A stretch of DNA of 63,417 nucleotides, filler included, from Octopus bimaculoides (taxonomy: Eukaryota), in assembly GCF_001194135.2 (NCBI RefSeq). It is 5 parts of 5 records of this genome, joined end to end, with 100 filler letters (N's around TTAATTAATTAA, not from the genome) between each part and the next. Parts side by side here need not be neighbours in the genome. Positions count along the whole stretch, not along the records: positions 28,679 to 54,327 come from NC_068994.1; positions 54,428 to 59,936 come from NC_068995.1; positions 60,037 to 62,194 come from NW_026318015.1; positions 62,295 to 63,417 come from NC_068996.1; 1 more part is not named here. One strand, given 5' to 3'. Shown here in pieces: positions 52,231 to 63,417 of the stretch (its first letter is position 1; every line of letters begins with the position of its first letter). The position numbers and the translations under genes are program-made. The notes below the pieces were generated by a model that saw only the letters and a list, made by a program, of their open reading frames with translations, was not told where the DNA came from and searched no databases.

Positions 52231-52271
52231 CTAAATTATACAGTATTGACATTGCATTCAGTATTAATGCC

Positions 52272-52560
52272 TTGGCAATCAACGTTTGCCACTTTTGCAT
52301 TCAATATTACTAAATTAGCATTCAGCTGTATCGACATAACAAGTCAATATTCGCTACTTGACATTCAAACGTTACCACTTTCGGCATTCAATGCTATCAA
52401 CTTGAAATTTAATGATGCTGAATCTCCATTCAACTTTACCAATTTGACATTTAATGCTACCAATACAACGCTAAAAATTAGCCACTAGGTGTTCAAATGT
52501 ATTGACTTGGAGTTCAATAACAATTTGGGTAACTTTGGTTTGATATTCAGCGGTATTGAC
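52272..52560. repeat. Degenerate 21-nt tandem repeat (~13 units)
   Basis: Units such as ttagcattcagctgtatcgac, tcggcattcaatgctatcaac and ttgacatttaatgctaccaat; exact 21-nt phase over 52381-52527. Confidence 0.75.
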
Positions 52561-53621
52561 TCGGAGGTATGCAGTGGTAACGGTCATGGTGATGGTACTT
52601 CATGCTTGGCATGCGTTCTCGTTAACAAGGCGTCAAGCTAGTAGAATCGTCACAGTACCGAAACAAAAATTCTTTAGCAGTATTTGTTCAGACTGTTTAC
52701 ATTTTCATTTCAAATCCATTCGGGATCAACTTTACATTTTATCTCCCCGGGGTCGATGAAAATAAAGTAACCTAATATTGGTTTAAAATTTTGGCAAAAA
52801 AGCCAGCATTTTCGGGCGAGGGGGTTAAGTCGATTACTTTGACCCCAGTGCTCAACTGGTACTTATTTTATCAACACCCGAAAGGACGAAAGGCAAAGTT
52901 GAACTCGGTGGAATTTGAACGCACGTTAATTTCACGAGCAGGCTGTTCCGTTGATTGGATCAACTGGAACCCTCGACGTCGTAAGCAACGGAGTGCCAAC
53001 GACTGCAGATGATTTGATATGCTGCTATTTTTAGCAAGCTGAGAGGCTATGTAGAAGCCTTCCCTTGTTAGCTTGACACCACAACTAATAGATGTATAAA
53101 TAAACAAAACATAATTAAAACAATGTACCAATAAAGTGTATGTATTCTATAAACATGTCCAACTTAGAGCGGCCATGATGAAAACTAACATAACATATCG
53201 TTGCAGTGTTTTGACTGTTTGGTATTCAAAGAGGATTCTCATCATATTTCCTTGAAATGTTATCACAGCAATTATATACCTCTGATCGACATGTACATTT
53301 TTCTCTTTTTGTTTTATATATAAACAATAGCTTTACACGCTTTGAAAAAATTTCTTTGTTGCTGTTTGTATTGATTGGTAGTATTGTTTAGCTTTCTCAG
53401 ATTCGGCTCCAAACGAGCAAGACTTTCTGATCAAGCGGTCCCATGAATGTTCCGTGTAAACAGCAATTTTTGAAGGGAGAGGAAAAGTTGGTATCATCGA
53501 ATCCAGTACTTGACTGATACTTTATTCTATGGACCCTTCAGGGAACAAAGGAAAAACGTAAAGAGTCGAAAAAATTCCCTGCTAATCATTTTGTCTCTAA
53601 TGATTCGGCCAACTGATACCC

Positions 53622-53675
<54 letters not shown>

Positions 53676-53846
53676 TTTTCTACTCTAGGCACAAGACTCG
53701 ANNNNNNNNNNNNNNNNNNNNNNNNNNNNNNNNNNNNNNNNNNNNNNNNNNNNNNNNNNNNNNNNNNNNNNNNNNNNNNNNNNNNNNNNNNNNNNNNNNN
53801 NNNNNNNNNNNNNNNNNNNNNNNNNNNNNNNNNNNNNNNGATACCC

Positions 53847-53894
<48 letters not shown>

Positions 53895-54427
53895 TCAACT
53901 GTAGGCACAAGGCCTGCAGTTTTGGGGGAGGGGGATAATAGCTCATATCGACCGTAGTGTTTCACTGGTACTTAATTTATCGACCTCGAAAGGATGAAAG
54001 GCAAAGTCGACCTCAGCGGAATTTGAACTCAGAACGTAAAGACGGACTAAATACCACCAAGGACTTTGTCCGGCGTGCTAACGATTCTACAGGCTCGCCA
54101 CCTAATTAATGATAGAAATAATAATAAGTAAATTAATTAATGAAAATACTAAAATATAATACGATAAAAAAAAAAGAAATCTTGCATAAGTTTGAGATAC
54201 ATGGAAAGAAAAAGAAAACATTGTTGAGGCTTTACAAAAAGGATAGAGAAAAGGAAGAAATACGAACTATTAGAAAGGAAAAAGGAAGGAAGGAAGGAAG
54301 AGAGAAAAGAAAAGGGTTTCTTGTTACNNNNNNNNNNNNNNNNNNNNNNNNNNNNNNNNNNNNNNNNNNNNTTAATTAATTAANNNNNNNNNNNNNNNNN
54401 NNNNNNNNNNNNNNNNNNNNNNNNNNN

Positions 54428-54464
<37 letters not shown>

Positions 54465-56019
54465 GTATGCACGTATATATATATGTATGCAAATATATTC
54501 ATGCATACACAAACACACATAACTATATACTCATATACATATGCATATTTGCATATGTGTATATATATGTACATATATATGTATGTATATATGTATATAT
54601 AGATATATGTGTATATATATGTGTGTACGTGTATGTATATATATACGTGTGGGGGGTGTAGTATAAGTGATGAGGAGGAGGCCGAGGACGAGGATGAGGA
54701 GAACGAGGAGGAGGATGACGATGACGACGAAGACGATGACGACGAGGAGGAAAAGGAGGAAGAGTAGAACGACGCGGTGGAGGATGATGATGATTGTTTC
54801 CAGCATAGGTACAATGCTTATTCGTAGGAGGGGAATAGTCAATTATATAGACCCCAGTACATGACTGCTATTGTATTTTATTGACCCCAAAAACATGAAA
54901 AGCAAAGTTGACCTTGGTGAGGTTTCAATTCGTAAATAGCTACACCAAATCCTGAAATGCATTTTCTCCGATGCTCTAACATTTCTGCCAAATAATGTTT
55001 TGTCACCCTGAAAAGCAATAACATATTAGGTCACATATTACCTTAGGTGCAGGAAGGATACTAGAAAGGTAGAGGTGGTTGTTTTTTTTCAGCAGAGAAA
55101 ACGCAGACTAAAATACGAGACAGCAAAAAAAAACAAGAGAGAGAGAAAAATTTAACATAACTTGAGTTTAGGATTAATACAAAGCATTTGATGGGGTTCT
55201 GTGTCCGAGTTTACTGGGAACTCATCGATTCATATACAACCCCAATACTATCAGCGTACATCCACTACGGCATGATAAATTACGAAACAACCATATTGGT
55301 AAAACACAAACAAGACGATTACAGAAACAGCCCTAATTCCATAAGAAAAGTAATCTTGCAGAGACGCTAAGCTTCCCCTCTAGATCGTTACCTTTCAATA
55401 AAATCTGTTGAATAAAACCTATCATTGTTTTAAAATGGCTGCCAAAAAACTATAAACTACATCTTATATGTGACCAGATGCAGTATTTAAAAAACAATAC
55501 CCAATCGGAAATCTTATATCTATATGTTGTATTTTTCTCTCTTTTTTTAATGGCATCTAAAACATCACCAACAACAAACGGAGACGGCTGCAAAACTACT
55601 TGAAACGAAAATGATTATTCCATAGAAATACCTAAAACTGATATGCATAATGTCTGTGACACAGTTTGTAATAACAACATCAATAATAACGCCGACGATA
55701 TCAGCATGCTCAAGCTATAAGAAGACGAGACAAAATAGCGGGTGAGTCTCGTGTCGTTTTTTGAAGGCCAGACATATAATATCATTTGCCCTTCCTTGGT
55801 TGATGAAAACTATGTTTTCCATATAAAAGCCAGAACTTCTATCAATTGCTCTTTTGAGGATATATTGAAAACTCATCCGTATTTTTTATGGTCAACAGAG
55901 TTATGGTACTTTTCTCTTTGCTCATCTTCAATGAAATCGTCAGGCTAGAAAGTCTAGCAACATTAACTTCTCTTTTAATCAAAATAACTTTGTATCAGGT
56001 AAAAATAACAGAAGATTTT

Positions 56020-56880
56020 GCTAAGTTCGTTGTTGTGTATGTTGTTTCCTGCCGTTTGTAAAATTGCGATTTGTATCTATTCAGTTCGTCAAATTAAATG
56101 GCTATTTATCGGAACCATTTCACATCGTTCCCTCGATCCGCCAAGAAAGCCGGCTTTTCGTGTCTTCTGTATGTTGTGGCGCTGGAGACATTGTAACCGA
56201 GTTGAAGACAAAGAGGGCTGTGTCTCCATATGTAGACGACGTTTCTGTCACGGTACTGGACGCAACGGAAATCAGAGTAGTCGGTACCATTTTAGAGAAG
56301 CGCCAAAAGCGCCAAAAGGAGTACACTTGCAATGGGGTTTGGACACCAAGTCCAACTGGATAAAAAAAATATAGGAAAATATCGCCTGGAGGCTGTTTAG
56401 AAATTGTCTGAGAGGTAACTTTCCTCAAAAGGCTTGGCAGAAGTAATTAGTAGGCACATAGTTTTAGGGGTCCCTTCCAAAGACACCGTAAATTATTCAG
56501 GAAATATCTGAAGGCTGAAAGGACAGGATTACCGATCAGGATATCCACCTGTTGTCAATCCTCACTTCAAGGGATGTAGTAGATGATATACAGACTGTAG
56601 ATTATCAATGCCGATGACGTCTGTCAGATAGGTGCAGGCGCCGTTCGTATCACAAATCCTTCAGAACCTCCTTTCTTTAACCGAGTTGCAGACCCAGATC
56701 ATGTGTAGACTGAGGTTGGGTATTCGGCATATGGAATATTGCCTGACCCTCATTGCACTCTACCGGCTGAACAATATGGTCGCTGGAAAGCCAAATTTTA
56801 TATTCTATCGAAGATTAGCGGGGAATAAAAACGAAGAAGCGGAATATGATCACAAGGATACAAGCAAAGGATGACGTAAT
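56020..56880 (+). mobile_element. Decayed L1/Tx1-clade LINE reverse-transcriptase fragment
   Basis: KLNGYLSEPFHI...RQ(G)...PYVDDVSV, followed by an LSxKGxAEV-like segment; many indels. Confidence 0.65.
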
Positions 56881-56902
56881 CAGGGTTCTGCGTGGCAGAA
56901 CG

Positions 56903-57222
56903 AAGGCGCCTGGCTCAGTAATTAGTGTATTCGGCTCACAATCGTAAAGCCATGAGCTCGATTCTCAAAGGCACGTTGAGTCCTTGAACAAGACACTTTA
57001 TTTCACGTTACTCCAGTGCACTCAGCTGGCAAAAATGAGTAGTACCTGTATTTCAAAGGGCCATTTTGTCATATTGTGTCACGCTAAATCTCCACGAGAA
57101 CTATGTTAAGGGTGCGTGTATCTGTGGAGTACTCAGCCACTTATACGCTATCTCACGAGCAAGCTGTTCCGTTGATCGGATCAACTGGAATCCTCGTCAT
57201 TGTAATCGACGAAGAGCCAGTT
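56903..57222 (+). mobile_element. SINE family C (tRNA-like head, gtccttgaacaagacact central box); tail also at 52925-53000, related head at 41655-41712
   Basis: Head ggcgcctggctcagt...gctcgattc; the tail gctgttccgttgatcggatcaactggaa occurs twice in the window; T-rich end. Confidence 0.65.
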
Positions 57223-59064
57223 TTTTTTTATTATTACAGAGTCATTGGGAGTGGGATTCAGGTTGCAGTGTAGTACATGTTCATCCCCGAGACAGGTGAG
57301 TGTGTCTTGCTTCACATTACTAAAAACGAAAACAGAAGACGAGTGTTAATACAGATAACCTCTACGGGGACACTCGACTTGCAAAAGATAGCAACCAATG
57401 GACAATGTCAATCCTAATATAGAAACAAATTTGATCATAGGTGTGCTTGATGAGAACTAACCTGGGGTTAAACAACTAGAGTCGGTTATATTGATTCTTC
57501 TCATTCGTCAAGACTATTTGTGATGGAGGATAAAATATAACATTTACATGTTTATAGAAAGTTATGTATGTATCTATAATAGTTCAATCACATCGATTCA
57601 ACGACGTTTTTCATTTCTGTCTCCTGTTTGTTTATGTATGTATGTATTTATGCATTTTTTTATTTTTTTATTTATTGGCGATATTATGACAGAAATCTGG
57701 TTGAAACGATTGTCTGTAATTCGTTGTCTGTCTTCGTTTCTTTGGTAGCAAGATTTTCTTAGGTTAGTTAGTCAGTTGTTTAATATAGCTTTTATTTAAA
57801 ATATTAAGATGCATTTTGAGGGAAAAGTAACAACCATTGCTAGGAGATCGAGCGACTATTCCGGGGGTCGGGGTACTTTTTTTAACCAATTACCCCAAAA
57901 TATATTTATTTACGCCGACGTTACCCCCTGTTTCGAAAGGGAGACAATTATGAAGAGCAGGGAACGTCTTTTTTTATTTATTTTACTCATGTCTAATAAG
58001 TACTAGTTACCCACCAAGAATTTCATTTTTATCCCACTTGGGGTAATTTACCCAGGTTCTCCAACCCCTGGACCATACAGAGGGTCTATCCTGGCTCCCG
58101 TGTTTGTCTCCGGTTCTCTAAATTAATTTAATTAAACTTCTGTTAATTAACTACACCCTACCGTCATTAGACCACTTGTCTACCGCGGGTAGTTTTTGTT
58201 ACTGAGAGGGAAATATGAATACAATACATTAACAGATCGAAAAACGTTGGTTCTCCTACAGACTGCCGTAATTATTCGGAAATAAACGGACGCAATGACT
58301 GATTGATATCTTGAATATAAGGACAGGATGCAGTGCAGGGAACACGATACGAATCACCAGTTACAGAAAGCTAATTGATTGAACAAATGAAACACAGCAT
58401 CACCACGACCACGACTGCCACCACAAGCAACGTCAAAGCAGTCACCACTTCATGACCAACAACACTATCATCACTACCACTGTCGCCTCCACCACTACCA
58501 TCGAAGCCACCACTATAATCGCTATCGCCACCACCACCACTCATATTACTACTACTACAATGGCATATATGACAGACACAGTTCAAACGCACCCGTAGCT
58601 GGGGCCGCTACATGCAGAAGTAATCATCCTTAAAATACAAATCCTATCCTACAGTCTTAAAGTAATGGACAAACACGCTGAGCAATTTAACTTTAGATAT
58701 ACAAAAAGGCTAAATGGTTATGGCTGGAATGTCTTTGATCATAGATCTATTCAACCAAGCCTGATCTGGTCTTATATTTGATGAGCTGGCAGAATCGTGA
58801 GAACGTCAGAATAAATACCTTGTGTTATTTCTCCCAGTTCTTTACGTTCCGAGTTCAAACCCTACCAACGTCAACTTTGCCTTTCGTTCTTTTGCGGTCC
58901 GTATAACAGATTATTATCCAAGTATCGGGGTCAAAGGTATGGACTAGGACTCTACCGCAAAATTGCTGGCCTTGTGCATAAGTTACGTTCAACTACTCGT
59001 AATAGTTCTTGAGCAAGTGTCTTCCACTATAGTCCTAAGCCATCCATAGTCTTCAAATTGGATT

Positions 59065-59103
<39 letters not shown>

Positions 59104-60318
59104 TTATGTGTGTTATTTGTGGTTATCGCGCACCACTGCTTGACAACCGCTATTGATTTGATTACGTCCTCGTAAAATGGCGATTCGAAAAAAGACACGG
59201 ATAAAATAAGTACCAGACTGGGGTCGATTCCTTCGAGTAAAACCCTTCATGGCGGCCCTCACCTCACCAGAATGGTCGCAATCCAATGACTGGAAAAAGT
59301 AAAAGCTAAAAGATACTGTTGACCTACAGCTGCTGCTGCTGCTGGTAGGAAACGAACTTCTAGCCTGTTGCCTTATAATGCCTTATAATACACTACCTAC
59401 AAACTACAAGCTCGGTACACTGAAGCTTGCCAGCAATATTTGTAAATGTAAAGAATAACAACAAATTCAACTGTACTTACTTGTATGAAATGAATCTATA
59501 CGACTTTCATGGGAGAGTTAAATATGAAACTAGGTCCCAAGGTAACAATTTAATACATCATCAGAAACGAGCATTAAAGATTTTTCATTCAGATAATAGT
59601 CATTTTAAAGTCTGTGAAGTTTCACTTATTCTGTTCAGCATAGTTGCACATTCACCACTATATTTTATGTTGCATGAATTCATTGTAAATGTATCTATCT
59701 GTATTCATAAATATATGTATGCGCGTACAGAAATATATGTACCTATCAATATTCATAAACATACGCGTGTGTGTAAATACGTATGTATATCTATGATAGT
59801 GTATGTACGAGTATGGATGTGTGCATGTGTGTGTGTGTACGTGTGCGTGTGTATTTCTGAATATACGTATGGGCGCAAAATATATATGTATACATATATA
59901 TATACACCCATATATATATATATATATATATATATANNNNNNNNNNNNNNNNNNNNNNNNNNNNNNNNNNNNNNNNNNNNTTAATTAATTAANNNNNNNN
60001 NNNNNNNNNNNNNNNNNNNNNNNNNNNNNNNNNNNNTACCCTGTGATATATCAATATACTTATGTTAGCGCTAATCAATGTAAAAATGAAGTACAGGATG
60101 TTTTGTTGAGAAATAATAATAATAACAATATACATGCTAATAAGGAGAAGGACAGATATAAGGCAAAGCAGCTAGTGGTACAAAGTAGCCCAAGTAGTAA
60201 TTACTGGGAAGGAAAATATTAATCAACTATAGAAGGGGAAAAGGCAAGTTATGGTGGATGTAGAAGTAGATATTATTCAGAGGACATTTAGTTAAAAAGA
60301 AAAAGGGGGTAATAATAA

Positions 60319-60349
<31 letters not shown>

Positions 60350-60380
60350 CTTAAAACCTGACCTAGTAGGAATGATGGAG

Positions 60381-60770
60381 CTAACGGTAATAAAAGAAGG
60401 TATGTTTCTTGAAGTGCTGACAGCGGTACACCATCTGAGTTATTTGGTTAACTAGGCGATTCTTGGAGAACAAGATATAAAAAAGCTCCAAGTTACAAAG
60501 AGGGCAGAAATCCCTACCCTTGTCATAGGGAACCGAGGTGGCCAGTATGGACCATTCCAAAGAGAATTGCTTATTGCAATCCTTCAGTTCTCAAATAAAT
60601 TTATTTAGGCCAGTAGTGCTAGCTTTATTTCTATCCCTAAACGACGAATAATGATTCGAGATTCTCTTGGATACCTGTGTCGATGAGCTACCTAGGTAAT
60701 ATGAGACATCAGCGTTAGATGTTACCTTGCATTGGTACACTACATTTTTGGTCCTTGCATTCTCACTTAA
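60381..60770 (-). mobile_element. Penelope-like element, C-terminal GIY-YIG endonuclease (same subtype as 8160-8640)
   Basis: KNVVYQCKV...YYLGSSST..SKRISNHYSSFR...LNKFI*ELK...LEWSIL...FCPLCNLE...YRCQHFKKH...*; one internal TGA at a W position. Confidence 0.8.
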
Positions 60771-60789
60771 AAACCTAATTCTATTAGGA

Positions 60790-62194
60790 TTTAATTCCGA
60801 GATGCTAAACAAGGTAGATAACCACTCAAAACAAAATAAGCGGGAGCGCAGAAAAGGGAGACCAGAAAGCTTAAACGTACATACCCATAATCCACCGAAT
60901 ACCAACAGGACTCACAAAGAGAGAAGTCCACATATTCCTTCTGCTCCCCAAAAAAGGCTGTATGCAGAGGCTGTGCGAACTGCAGCAGCTGAACAGCAAG
61001 CTTTTTTAAGCATGGCCCAGAAAATGGTACATCAACTAACATGGATACAGAGGGTACAGAGTCAACACCACATAAACCACTTTCCAAGACCACCACAGAA
61101 GATGGATCAGGGATGGCCACCACTAACACCAGAAACCCCTGCACAGATATCACACCCATATTCCTACTGAATATCCGGGGCCTATTACGAACAGGCGGCA
61201 AAGACAAGTTTCTATACTTGAAAGNNNNNNNNNNNNNNNNNNNNNNNNNNNNNNNNNNNNNNNNNNNNNNNNNNNNNNNNNNNNNNNNNNNNNNNNNNNN
61301 NNNNNNNNNNNNNNNNNNNNNNNNNNNNNNNNNNNNNNNNNNNNNNNNNNNNNNNNNNNNNNNNNNNNNNNNNNNNNNNNNNNNNNNNNNNNNNNNNNNN
61401 NNNNNNNNNNNNNNNNNNNNNNNNNNNNNNNNNNNNNNNNNNNNNNNNNNNNNTCTATCTGTGATACTTTAATAGTACACATAAAACAGATTGATGTAGT
61501 TGTATGCTCAACATACCGTCCACCAAATACCGCAAAGCAGGAGGGTATATTTGAGGACAGCCTCAGACACATAGAAGAGGTCTTGACAAATCTGGACCAA
61601 CACATCAATATACTTTTCCTAGGCGACTTTAACCTCCCAAATGTTAAATGGCCTGAAGGTCACATCCTCTCTGGGATGTCACTGCATAAACAAAGTCTGG
61701 GAAAATCTTTGTTAGAACTCTCCAACATGTTGTTCATGGAACAAGTGATACTCCAACCAACCAGGGGAAGCAATATTTTAGATTTCTGCTTCACAAACAA
61801 TGTGAGCCTAATCCATAATGTGAAAGTAACACCTACATCTCTCTCAGATCATAACATTATAGAATTAACTATGTATGGTCCTAGACAACCCACTGACACC
61901 CACCCCATCAGGTGGACTCAAGCCATCTCCAACCTGAATTTCCACAGGGCGGACTGGAAGTTAATTTGCAGAGAGATTCGAAATCAAAACTGGCATGACA
62001 GCCTTTCTATACAAGACAATGACCTCAAACTAAGTCATTTTATGTCAACCATACAAGACATATGCGCCTAATATGTGCCAAAAAGAAAGACCAGCAAGCA
62101 TGCCAATAGACTTCCTAGAGACAGGAAAATCCTTATGAGACACGGAACAAAGGTTTCAAACCAGTTAAATAGAGAACTGGAGGATAGGAAAAGG
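60790..62194 (+). mobile_element. CR1/L2-like LINE: ORF1 end overlapping an ORF2 start with AP-endonuclease domain; interrupted by gaps
   Basis: ORF1-like ...LYAEAV...; ORF2 LLNIRGL...TYRPP...FLGDFNLP...QPTRGSNILDFCFTN...SDHNII; premature TAA at 62069-62071. Confidence 0.85.
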
Positions 62195-62294
62195 NNNNNN
62201 NNNNNNNNNNNNNNNNNNNNNNNNNNNNNNNNNNNNNNTTAATTAATTAANNNNNNNNNNNNNNNNNNNNNNNNNNNNNNNNNNNNNNNNNNNN

Positions 62295-63325
62295 TTTCGT
62301 CACACTTCTGTGACCTCATCAGTGGTCCTTTGCTTTCTTCTTTCTTATTTATGTGTCTCTCCTTACTAACGATCAGCTATTTTGTATTTTGCATTCCCAT
62401 TGTATGTGTCTATATTTGCGCATACATATCCCTCTATGTGTGTCTATGCTTGTCTATGTTTAGTAAGTGCATGTGTGTGTATGGGGAGTGCCTGTATTAT
62501 TTGTATCCCTTGTTTATACATGTTCGTTTAATTTGTTTTTATTTGTTTGTTCATGTGTTTATACCTACTTCTTTTTGTATCTAATTTAATTTTGTTAACG
62601 TATGTAGTTATTTAATTCCATTTGTTTATCTGTGTATTGTATTATATTTTGTTCATATTGTTATCAATTTATGGGGATTTTATTGTCATATGTTGTAGTT
62701 TGTTGGGGGTGTGTGCTAGTGTTCCATTCCAGTTTCCTATTCAGGCTAGGTTTATCTTCTATTATGTGTGTAGCTTCTGTAATTTGTCTAAGCGCTGCGT
62801 CTATTCTATGTGTGGACAAGATTTTAATTTCTATGTTGTTGAGTGAGCCTCCGTTTGTCTTGCTCAGCGTGCTGGTACAGAACTGATGAGCTCTTCTCTT
62901 CCTTAAGTTCCCGCCAATATCATTTACTCGCTCTCCTATGTTCCGTGCTGTTTCCCCTACGTACGTCGTTGTCTTGTTACTGCATCGTCCCTCTGTACAT
63001 CTTATACTATAGACCACGTTTCTGGCTTTACAGTTTGTTTGTGGGCTAAATCTATATACAGTACAGTTCCTATCAGTACAAGGATACAGATAATACGGGC
63101 ACTCCCCATACGCACACATGCACTTACTAAACATACACAAGCATAGACACACATAGAGGGATATGTATGCGCAAATATAGACACATACAATAGGAATACA
63201 AAATACAAAATAGCTGATCGTTAGTAAGGAGGGACACACAAATAAGAAAGAAGAAAGCAAAGGGCCACTGATAAGGTTACAGAAGTGTGACGAAAGAACC
63301 CTGGCCGAAACACGATTAGTGTAAA
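62295..63325 (-). mobile_element. 5'-truncated Penelope-like element (GIY-YIG plus 3' region) bounded by ~218-bp inverted repeats
   Basis: RNVVYSIRCTEGRC...TYVGETARNIGERV...LRQITEA...KPSLNRKLEW; 62295-62513 is the near-perfect reverse complement of 63078-63295. Confidence 0.85.
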
Positions 63326-63417
63326 ATAAAGCTGAAGCAAATTAACAGCAAATATATAGTGCGTGTGTTTTTATTGGCTAAACTGGCAACATGACCATCC
63401 CCAAATACAACAATATA

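Noticed and set aside
60591-60593. In-frame TGA in the PLE endonuclease as possible selenocysteine
   Set aside because: It falls at a position expected to be Trp (IW.LK), so TGG-to-TGA decay is simpler. Sec use is reported for N-terminal-EN Naiad PLEs, whereas this EN is C-terminal.
52231-63417. Further upstream EGF exons of the receptor gene
   Set aside because: No Cys-patterned minus-strand exon with splice sites was found; the 5' part lies outside the window, in gaps, or beyond the linker joins.

Overview
This is AT-rich, microsatellite-dense animal genomic DNA from a gapped draft assembly. The SINE, LINE and PLE content looks like an octopus genome (inference, not checked by search). One gene is well supported: the 3' part of a minus-strand MEGF10/MEGF11/Draper(CED-1)-like single-pass receptor, reconstructed by hand as 9 coding exons plus a probable 36-nt microexon (52230 to 43102). 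It encodes six complete EGF-like repeats, a TM helix and a ~140-aa tail with NPIY. Its 5' exons were not found in the window. The rest is mostly decayed mobile DNA: R4/Dong-type and RTE LINE ends, a CR1/L2-like LINE, a Tx1-like RT remnant, a DD37D mariner remnant, at least five Penelope-like element (PLE) fragments (some in inverted arrangements), several SINE families and MITE-like elements. The most interesting leads are hammerhead-ribozyme-like motifs tied to PLE-type repeats, a possible unannotated plus-strand gene in a CpG-depleted domain (29.6-36.5 kb), unusual splice features of the receptor gene, and a codon-like 21-nt intronic repeat. Four N44-TTAATTAATTAA-N44 blocks are synthetic assembly linkers. 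Most ORFs in the supplied track are microsatellite or gap artefacts. I found no tRNA or rRNA genes and no CRISPR arrays, and I see no convincing wholly new biological system. TE boundaries are approximate.
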